From contig NC_043006.1 of the NCBI RefSeq assembly GCF_006345805.1, forward strand, positions 41,354,001 to 41,418,000: a stretch of DNA of 64,000 bases. The letters are read 5' to 3'. This document shows positions 54,231 through 64,000 of the stretch, one piece after another. Positions within the stretch are counted from its first letter, which is position 1. The number at the start of each line of letters is the position of its first letter. The position numbers and the translations under genes were made by a program. The notes beneath the pieces are model-generated. The model did no database searches. It was not told where the DNA came from and saw nothing but the letters and a program-made list of their open reading frames with translations. This stretch comes from Octopus sinensis (taxonomy: Eukaryota).

Positions 54231-54867
54231 AGTGATGGTTTGTTTACGTTCCCGTTAAGGAGTTCGTTTACAGACACCGATAGAAATAAGTATTCTCATC
54301 GATTTCTTCGTCTAGAACCTTCAAGGTGATGTAGCTGTGTGGCGCAGTCCAATGAAGGAAAAAAGGGGAGGAATATGTGTATACATATGTATGTGCACGC
54401 GCAAACGTGTGTATTTATATATGTATATTGCTACTTCCTGTAGACTACACGCTACTGTGGTGGACTCACTCACGATCACATTAGGAATTCGAATCCTAGA
54501 GAGGATGTTACGCTATATCTTTGCTCAGCAAAATTCACCACCAACCAAATGAAGATGAAAATATTTCTCCCGCCAGCTGTCAAATTCAATATATTCCCTG
54601 TCGCAGGGATGAAACCCTGCGCTTAAACCGGCGCCTAAAACAATTTAAGAAATAACGGTACACGATGTCATCCTCGATTCAAAGTGACGGCCGTACCCGA
54701 TATATATAAATATAAACATGAATGCTCGCTTGTGTATATGTGTATGTCTTAAGTACATACGTCTCTCTCTCTCTCATCTCTCTCTCTCTCTCTCCCTCCT
54801 TTTGTATATATATATATATATACATATATATAATTATATAAGTATATATGTATATATATGTGTATAT

Positions 54868-54910
<43 letters not shown>

Positions 54911-54917
54911 GTATATG

Positions 54918-54958
<41 letters not shown>

Positions 54959-55054
54959 TATGTATATATATAATATATATATATATATATGCATAGTTAT
55001 AATATATATATATAATTATATATATATATATATAATAATATATCATATCATCAA

Positions 55055-56479
55055 TCTCATATCATCAAGGTATTTGAGAGGGTGCTGAGATCGCGTATGA
55101 CTCACTTCCTTGAGAGTCATAATATGCTGAACCCCAACCAGCATGGATTCCGTATGGGAGAGATTGCCTGACGCAGCTACTGCATCATTTTGATGACATT
55201 TTGAGAGCCTTGGGAAAGGGTTCCAACACTGATGTCATCTACCTTGATTTCAGCAAGGCTTTGACAGGGTTGATCATAAGATCCTTCTGAGAAAGCTGTC
55301 CAATATTGGTGTCACTGGAAGCTGCTGCAATGGATCAAGTGCTTCCTCTCTAACAGAACCCAACATGTTGTAGTCGAAGGAGTCAAATCCAGCCCCAGCC
55401 AAAGTCAGCAGTGGTGTCCCACAAGGCACTGTGTTGGGCCCACTTCTCTTCATCATCTCATAATGATATTACTGACACCAAAAAACACAGCCAAACATCA
55501 GAACCTTCGCTGATGATTCCAAGCTCCAGAAGGTCATCAATGGCGTGGATGACCGAATAAACCTTCAGTCAGAACCACTGGCTGTTGTCCATGGGCGGAA
55601 AAGAATAACATGTTGCTAAATGAAGACAAATTCGAACTGATCCACTTTGGAAGGGAGGACGCTCTGAAACTCCCATACTCTCTTCCTTCTGGAAGAAATT
55701 CTCATGGCATCCAACAACATCAGAGACCTGGGAGTAACAGTGGACAACAACATAGCTGGGCTACACATATACGCAGCAAAGTTGACATGGCCGCAGAATG
55801 TGTTCCTGATTCTCCAGAACTCCTTCCAGTCGAGAGATTCCCACGCTATATTCCTTTCTCTTCTCCACTTTTGCCCGACCCCACCTTGAATACTGCTGTC
55901 CACTGTGGTCTCCCTACACAAAACAAAATATTATGATGAGCTGAAGCTCCCCAAAGGTCAATCACAAAAAAGATAGATGGCATGTCAGACCTTGACTACT
56001 GGGGTAGACTAGAGAAGCTGAAATTGTATTCACTCCAACGACGCCGTGAACGCTACATTATCTGTATGATGTGGAAAATATTCCATCAGCACTGTCCGAT
56101 GATGTTGGCATCACCTTCAAAATGCATCCAAGGCTTGGACCACGTGCCATCCGTCCACACAACAAAAATCTAAATCGCATCACATACGACAATACGGCAC
56201 AACTATTTCACCTCAATTGACCCGCTCTTCAGCATTACCCCAGGACACGTCAAAAAAAGAAACTGACCACCACAAAATTCAAGAAGTCTTTGGACAAATT
56301 CCTTCAAACAGTACCGGCACAAACACCCACCCGGATATGTCTCCGCAAAACAATAACTCTCGCTCGAATGGGCCTTGGTGCCCAAATCCGAACTGAAAGA
56401 CTTCGCCAGGTGGTGCTATTAAGTTAGACATGGCCTGGGCCATACTGGCCAAAAACCTTTCTAAGTTATTCTAAGTTAT
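55055..56479 (+). mobile_element. 5'-truncated L2/CR1-group LINE (RT domain to 3' end), frameshifted
   Basis: IIKVFER, QHGFR, YLDFSKAFD, SGVPQGTVLGP, FADDSK, RDLGV, LEYCCPLWSP, LYSLQRRRERY; tail ends (ttctaagtta)x2; flanked by (TA)n. Confidence 0.92.
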
Positions 56480-56514
56480 ATATAATATAATTATATATAT
56501 ATTATATATATATA

Positions 56515-56556
<42 letters not shown>

Positions 56557-56564
56557 TTATATAT

Positions 56565-58934
56565 TCTATATAAAAACTGAAATGCGTTTTTACCGCTTGG
56601 ATCGCTTTCAATGCCACTAAATCCCGTCCGATTCGCTCCAAAATTTACAGGGACATGTAGAATGAGGTGACGATGCTCGTGGGCTACCTTAGAAATCCCT
56701 ATCTTAAAAGGTGTGGTTGCCAGGGGGCTATCTTCCTCACTCACCCTATTTCTTCCAGTACCCTCTCACTCCTCTTCATATCACAAGTCCACTACCGTTA
56801 TTTAATGTAAAGTCTTCCTCAAATCACTCTCTCGCTATTTCCTCTCTTCCAAGAACATTTTCACTCACTCTATCTCTTAGCTTCCCTTACATTTTACTCA
56901 TGTATCTATCTGCGTTCATAGGCAGAAACAAATATTACATCGCCATCGCCATCGCATTCTATTGTCTACCTGTCAACACACACACACACACACACACTCA
57001 CATATATATATATACATATATCTAATATTATATTTTTATTTTCATGTTTTTGTTTTTGGTTTTTTACTGTTTCATTTCCCTATTAGTGGTTTTATCTCTA
57101 ATTTAATTTCTACAGCGTGCACACACACACAACACACACACACACACCACACACACACAACCTATATGTGGCCCCAGTAGACCCGAATGAAATCGGTTCT
57201 CTTCATCAAAATGTGAAAAGGGGTCTAGAATTATCATCGCCACAACTTACGTATATGTCTTCCTCACTCACTCACTCTTTTTCCTAATGATAATTATCAT
57301 CGCCACCACCAACACACAATCATGACAATCTTTCTCTTAAAACAAATCATGTTTACATTGCAAAATATTTCATTTTCCCGTCCTCTCTTTCATATATCAC
57401 CTTTTCTTTCTCGAGCTCTCTCTTTTTTCGCCGTCTCTATTTATTCTACAACGAGTCTATCAATGACAGCCGCAAAAGTTTCAATATTCCTACTTCACCT
57501 CTTTCAGAAACGCAACAGATATTATTTTTTTTGCCGGGGTTAAAGCCCACTACATCCCGTCGGATTCACTCCAAAATTTACACCTTTTCTTTCTACCTCT
57601 AACTCCCCTTCAATTTCTCTTTATCTCCATTCATAAAGATAATTATTATCGCCACCACCACCACCAACACACAATCTGGACAATCTTTCTCTTAAAACAA
57701 ATCATGTTTACATTGCAACGACGTCTGCCACCTCCGCCGTCTCTATTTATTCTGCAAATGACCAGAACTCGGGAAACTTGGTTGAGTGTTCTATGGTCTA
57801 TGACCAGAACTCGGGAAACTTGCTTGACTGTTCTATGGTCTATGACCAGAACTTGGAAACTTGGTTGAGTCCTCATCTATAAAATGTGGCCCCAGTAGAC
57901 CCAAATGAAATCGGGTATATTTAACCAAAATGTGAAAAGGGGTCTAAATGGGGCTGGAAGGGGATTAAAATTTAAAGGAGCGGGTGTTTAGCAATTCTCT
58001 GTTACATCAAGCTAAAAAATTTGCGCCAGCCTTTTAATCGTCAATGTGTTGCCGTCTATAATGAAGAAGTTTTGAAAGCTTGCCATAGTGAGTCTACTGT
58101 CGTGAGAAAGAATCACTTCAAAACTTGGTTTTTAGAGATTTTCTTTTACATCAAGTTCAAAATTTTACGCCAGCCGTTGAACTGTCAATACATTGCTGTC
58201 CGTCGTTAAGAAATGCCAGCCATGGTGACTCTACTATCCTCAAATTCTATCCCTTCAAACTTTGGTTTCCAATATTTTATTATTTTTATTCAGCTCGCAA
58301 GTTCGTCTGTCCCTTTTAAATGTTAGTGTTCTTGCTGTCTGCTTTGAAGCAGACCTTTCCGTTGTTACTGCCTGATATTTATGATTGATCTTTCTAAATA
58401 TTTTATTTCTCAACTTACTCAAGATCTTTTGTTGTTTATAAATGGGAGAGAGATAAAGATAGAAAGTAAAAGCGAGGGAGAGTCCGAGAGAAAGGAAGAG
58501 TAAGATAGTGGGAAAGTGAGAGAGAAAGGAGAGAGCAACAAAGAGGGAGAATCATCATTATCATCATCATCATCTTTAACGTCCGTTTTCCGTGCTAGCA
58601 CGGGTTAGACAGTTTTACAGGGGTCTGGGAAGCCAGGAGGCTTCACCAGGCTCCAGTCTGATCTGGCAGTGTTTCTACAGGTGGATGCCCTTCCTAACGC
58701 CAACCACTCTGTGAGCGTAGTGGGTGCTTTTTTCGTGCCGCCGGCACAGGTGCCAGGGGGGCTGGCAGTGGCCACGATCGGTTGTTGCTTTTTACGTGCC
58801 ACCAGCACAGAAGCCAGTCAAGGCGGCGCTGCAATCGGCCACGTTCGGATGGTGCTTTTTACGTGCTGAAAGGAAGCAAGAGAAAGTAACAACCACACTC
58901 TTACCCGCGCGTAGAGCGGGTCACCTTCAGCTAG
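56565..58934 (+). mobile_element. Non-autonomous Helitron, unit 1
   Basis: 5' TCtatataaaaactgaaatgcg; 3' hairpin acccgc-gcgtaga-gcgggt then CTAG. Confidence 0.8.
57758..57870. repeat. 42-bp minisatellite, about 2.7 copies
   Basis: atgaccagaactcgggaaacttggttgagtgttctatggtct repeated. Confidence 0.9.
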
Positions 58935-60628
58935 TCTATATATAAAACTGAAATGCGTTTCGACCGCTTGGATCACTTTCAAGGCCACTACATCCCGTCG
59001 GATTGACTTCAAAATTTACAGGGACATGTAAAATGAGGTTACAATGCCCGTGGGCTACGTTAGAAATCCCTATCTTAAAAGGTGTCGTTGCTAGGGCCAA
59101 AAACCCACTTTGACAAGTCCACTTACATTCTTTAATGTATCTGTCTTCCTCAACTCACTCTCGCTATTTCCTCGCTTTTCAGCACTTTTTTACTCACTCT
59201 ATTTCCTACCTTCACATCACTTTCACTTCGTCAAACGGCGTTCTTTTATGTATCTGTCTGCATTCATAGAGAGAATTACCATCGCCACCACAACACACAA
59301 TCATGACAACAAATATTATGAATCTCGCCATCGCATTCTATTGTCTGCCTGTCAAAGCGCCGATGGAGAAAATACAAACAGAACACACCATCAACGCTCA
59401 CGTATGACAGAGACTCCAATACACACACACACACATATATATATACATATATACATATATAATGTGTGCATTATGTGGTCGGTTGAGCTGAAAATATGCA
59501 GACCCATGTTAAAAGTGCTGGCAAGTTTGCATGACAACTATTTTTTCTCCTCAAATGAAAGGCGTGATCTCTAGGACAAAATTCCTCATCTTATAAAATG
59601 TGGCCCCAGTAGACCCAAATGAAATCGGGTTATATTAACCAAAATGTGAAAATGGGTCTAAATGGCGCTGGAAGGGGATTAAAATTTAAAGGAGCGGGTG
59701 TTTAGCAATTCTCTGTTACATCAAGCTAAGAAATTTGCGCCAGCCTTTTAATCGTCAATGTATTGCCGTCCATGATGAAGAAGTTTTGAATGCTTGCCAT
59801 GGTGAGTCTACTGTCGTGAGAAAGAATCACTTCAAAACTTAGTGTTTGCGGATTTTCTTTTACATCAAGTTCAAAATTTTACGCCAGCCGTTAAACTGTC
59901 AAAACGTTTCTGTCCGTCGTTAAGAAATGCCAGCCATGGTGACTCTACTGTCCTCAAACTTTGGTTTCCAATATATTATTATTTTTATTCAGCTCGCAAG
60001 TTCGTCTGTCCCTTTTAAAAGTTAGTGTTTTGCTGTCTGCCTTGAAGCAGACCTTTCCGTTGTTACTGCCTGATATTTATGATTGATCTTTCTTAATATT
60101 TTATTTCTCAACTTACTCAAGATCTTTTGTTGTTTATAAATGGGAGAGAGATAGATAAAGATAGAAAGTAAGAGAAAGCGAGGGAGAGTCCGACGGAATA
60201 GAAGAGTAAGAGAGTGGGGGAGTGAGAGAGAAACAAAGAGGGAGAATCACCATCATCATCATCATCTTTAACGTCCGTTTTCCGTGCTAGCACGGGTTAG
60301 ACAGTTTTACAGGGGTCTGGGAAGCCAGGAGGCTTCACCAGGCTCCAGTCTGATCTGGCAGTGTTTCTACAGGTGGATGCCTTCCTAACGTCAACCACTC
60401 TGTGAGCGTAGTGGGTGCTTTTTTCGTGCCACCGGCACAGGTGCTGGGGGGGGGGGTGGCAGTGGCCACGATCGGTTGTTGCTTTTTACGTGCCACCGGC
60501 ACAGAAGCCAGTCAAGGCGGCGCTGCAATCGGCCACGTTCGGATGGTGCTTTTTACGCGCTGAAAGGAAGCAGCAGAAAGTAACAACCACACTCTTACCC
60601 GCCCGTAGAGCGGGTCACCTTCAGCTAG
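58935..60628 (+). mobile_element. Non-autonomous Helitron, unit 2 (tandem)
   Basis: Begins TC immediately after the CTAG of unit 1; 59586-60628 is nearly identical to 57872-58934. Confidence 0.82.
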
Positions 60629-60891
60629 GTATCTATATATATATATAATAATATATATATATATATATATAAATGTATTAATATATATGTATATATGTAT
60701 ATATATATATATATATATAATATATATATATATCTATATAAATTATATATATATAAATATATACGTATATATGTATGATATATAAAGAATGTGAATATAT
60801 ATATAAATATATATAAGTATATATGTATATATATGTATATATATATAAATATATAAATATATGAAATAAGTATATATCATATATGTATGTA

Positions 60892-62161
60892 CGAGGGGCG
60901 TTCAATAAGTAATGCCCCTGACCCACTTCCATACCGTAGCAACGGAACTTGGCACAGTTATTGGTCTTTTTCTACATAGGAACCACTCAGAGTACGCATT
61001 TCTCCCATCGTTTGATCCAGCTCTGGAGACCGTTTTTGTAAAAGACCCCAGCTTGGTCCTCCATCCACGACGTGACTTTAGAAATCAAGGCTGCATCATC
61101 TGGGAAATGCTTTCCTTTCAAAAACAACTTCATGCCTGGGAAGCGGTGAAAATCAGAGGGTGCAAGGTCAAGAGAGTAGGGGGTGGGGGAGGAGTTCATA
61201 GCCGCACGCCTGTGCTTCTGACCTGGCGACAAGCGAGTTGTGGACCGGAACGTTGTCCTGCAGGAGGAGGATGCCTTCGCTGATCTTGCCCCGCCTCTTA
61301 ATTTTGATAGCTTCTCTTAATTTCCTCAAAAGTGAAGCATAATAGGCTCCTGTAATTGTGGTACCCTTTGCCAGGAAATCTGTCATCACTACTCCGTCCT
61401 GGTCCCAGAAGACTGTGAGCATGACCTTGCCAGCAGAGGGCTGCACCCTTGCCTTCTTTGGAGGAGGTGAGTCACGGTGCTTACACTACATTGACTGGGC
61501 TTTGGTCTCTGGATCATAGTGATGGACCCAGGTTTCATCCTCTCTAATCAGTCTTTTGAAAAAGTTGGACTCGTCTTCTTGGTACGTCTCCAAATTCATC
61601 CTCGAGCACTCGACGCGTTCTTGCTTCTGGAAAGGTGTGAGCAACCTGGGAATCCATCTGGCAGACACCTTTTGCATATGCTAATGGTCATGAATGATAG
61701 TTTCCACTGACCCGGTACTAATATTGACCTCATGGGCTATTTGGCGAATAATTATGCGTCGATCTTCCAAAATGGCAGCCTCAACATGACGGACAGATGC
61801 CTCATCAATGGCAGAAGGGGGTCGACCAGATCTGGGAGCTGTTTCCACAGAGTTCCGACCATGTTTGAATTCACGATGCCAGTGTTTTACAAGGTCATAT
61901 GATGGGGCATCATCACATAAGTTACTTTCATTTCATCAAAAGTCTCCCATGGTGCGTCCTTTCAAATACAAAAACCGGATCACTGCTCGACACTCAACAG
62001 GCTCCATTTTCACACTTGACTCAGTTCAAACACCTGTAAATCAGAAACCATAATTAGTTCAGTGCTGTTTTAATTTGCCACCTAATCTATAGAGATATAA
62101 GTAATTGCACATGCAAACACCTGGAAGTGGGTCAGAGGCATTACTTATTGAACGTCCCTCG
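60892..62161 (-). mobile_element. Full-length mariner DNA transposon (1270 bp)
   Basis: About 40-bp TIRs cgaggggcgttcaataagtaatgcccctgacccacttcca / tggaagtgggtcagaggcattacttattgaacgtccctcg; TA on both sides. Confidence 0.95.
60987..62007 (-). pseudogene. Mariner DD34D transposase, frameshifted
   Basis: MEPVECRAVIRFL, WIPRLL, DETWVHHYDPE, SAGKVMLTVFWD, QDNVPVH, YSLDLAPSDF. Confidence 0.93.
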
Positions 62162-62553
62162 TATATATACATAAATATATATGTATATATATATATATAT
62201 ATATAAAATGTAAACAAAATGTATATTATATATATATGAATAAAATGTAAACAAAATGTATATATATATATATATATATGAATAAAATGTAAACAAGACT
62301 GGAGAAACCCAAGTCCCTCACTCACCCTGTCTTTCACTGTCTCCTTCTCTCTCTGCTTCTTTCTCTGTCTCATCTCCCTCTCTGTCTGTCTGTCTGTCTC
62401 CCTCTCTAAACAGGACGCAAGATTTTCATTTTCGTATTTAAATCTTTGCCTTTCTGCAGTCTTGTTTACATTTTATTCATTTCCTAACTAGATGGGAATG
62501 TAACAACATGGCAGGCGACACTCGAGATCTGTAGTGAGACACGACTTAATCGA

Positions 62554-62661
62554 TGCATCCAATGAGACCCAGACTGCAAAACCGATGCAAACACAACATC
62601 GTTGAACGGAGTCCCACACGTAAAGGAAAATACCAGGACGGGTCGAAACGAACATAGTGCA
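62554..62661 (+). ncRNA. Degenerate hammerhead-like motif
   Basis: tgcat CCAATGA gaccc...gggtc GAAA cgaaca TA gtgca; core mutated. Confidence 0.4.
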
Positions 62662-62887
62662 GATTAAAGTTTAACACCAAATCCATCTTCTCGTTACTTA
62701 ATTAATATAATCACCCTAACTGACACTACGGAGAGAGACAGACAGACAGAGAGAGACCCAAATGAAGCATACCACGACTGTGGATGACAACACGTCGCCT
62801 ATAAGCTAGCTGTGTGGCGGTGTTCTACTCAATATTTAAACACACTAATCAACTACCTATTAGCCGAAAATATTTATTTCCTCTAAT

Positions 62888-63060
62888 GGCGGCGAGCTAG
62901 TAGAATCGTTACTAAGCCGGGCGAAATGCTTAGCGGTCATTCGTCTGCTGTTACGTTCTGAATTCAAACTCCACCGAGGTTGACTTTGCCTTTCATCCTT
63001 TCGGGGTCGATTAAATAAGTACCAATTACGGACTGAGGTCGATGTAATCGACTTAAACCA
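62888..63060 (+). mobile_element. SINE family A
   Basis: ggcggcgagctagtagaatcgttactaagccgggcgaaatgcttagcgg. Confidence 0.85.
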
Positions 63061-63084
63061 TTTCTCACATACATGCATACATAT

Positions 63085-63128
<44 letters not shown>

Positions 63129-63373
63129 TATATATTATATATATATATATATGTTTGTATATACATATATGTATATGTTTAGGTGTGTGTGTGTATTACA
63201 TAATACACACACATAAACACACACACACAGACACATATATATGCTTTAATATGAATGTTGTTGACAGTAACATCGAAGTTTCGGACAGCTTAACCTTAAT
63301 TGGACTGGGTACTGAGTAATCTATTCAATGTTAAATTGTCTTAATCCTAACTCGGCAGAAAAACAAACATGGA

Positions 63374-63374
<1 letters not shown>

Positions 63375-63449
<75 letters not shown>

Positions 63450-63489
63450 GATCGATCCATCCATCTATCTATCTATCTATCTATCTATC

Positions 63490-63550
<61 letters not shown>

Positions 63551-63558
63551 TTATTATG

Positions 63559-63593
<35 letters not shown>

Positions 63594-63610
63594 CTCTATC
63601 TATCTATTTT
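63375..63610. repeat. (TATC)n microsatellite
   Basis: Direct inspection. Confidence 0.95.
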
Positions 63611-64000
63611 TGAATATATATATGGTTACACACACACACATCGATAAAAAGATAGATAAACACATAGACACGCAGGCAGGAACACGCCGACACAGAAGCT
63701 CATACGCATGCCCACACACACATACACACACACTCTCACATATACACATACATACAAACACACGTGTCCCGTCAATCTTGGATCTATTAGTCTGTCACAT
63801 CTGAAATGTCATTGTATAAAATTCTATCTTACGTATAAGCATAGTATTGTTAGTGAACAACTCACTTAAATTAGATATTTATTAATTATTACTTCTTTTA
63901 TTTTTTAATTATAGATTTCAAATGCAATTCTACGGTTTTGAGACCCATTTTTCCTATCCAAAATTGTGATACCTTTTCTCTTTTCTTCTGTGTGATTATA

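Larger units (their letters stand above)
47692..54634 (-). pseudogene. Candidate decayed multi-exon gene with Sushi/CCP-like Cys motifs
   Basis: Unique segments start at AG acceptors (54634, 53413, 52413, 48904, 47977); GTRAG donors follow 54474, 52142 and 47692. Peptides include RCPTP..VEIQCK..*HC..PEYQCV and LSCNSKTYY. Stops and frameshifts are present. Confidence 0.35.

Noticed and set aside
60912-61283. Plus-strand 123-aa ORF
   Set aside because: Antisense shadow of the mariner transposase.

Overview
AT-rich, repeat-saturated animal genomic DNA with no intact host gene that I can support. The tRNA-derived SINE families and the abundant (TA)n, (GATA)n and (TAA)n tracts suggest an octopod cephalopod; this is inference. 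Recognisable elements are: several SINE families; two 5'-truncated L2/CR1-group LINEs; an R4/Dong-type RLE LINE plus relatives inserted in (TAA)n; Penelope-like element (PLE) RT and GIY-YIG remnants; a full-length frameshifted mariner; non-autonomous Helitrons, including a head-to-tail dimer; and Helentron-like elements. A possible decayed multi-exon gene with Sushi-like cysteine motifs lies on the minus strand at about 47.7-54.6 kb. The most unusual signal is about ten minimal type I hammerhead-ribozyme (HHR) motifs, several inside fold-back palindromes. One palindrome (14997-15459) consists of two back-to-back units, each a tRNA-like Pol III head followed by a (TAA)n spacer and a hammerhead. 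Almost all ORFs in the supplied track are microsatellite artefacts. All calls were made by eye and boundaries are approximate.
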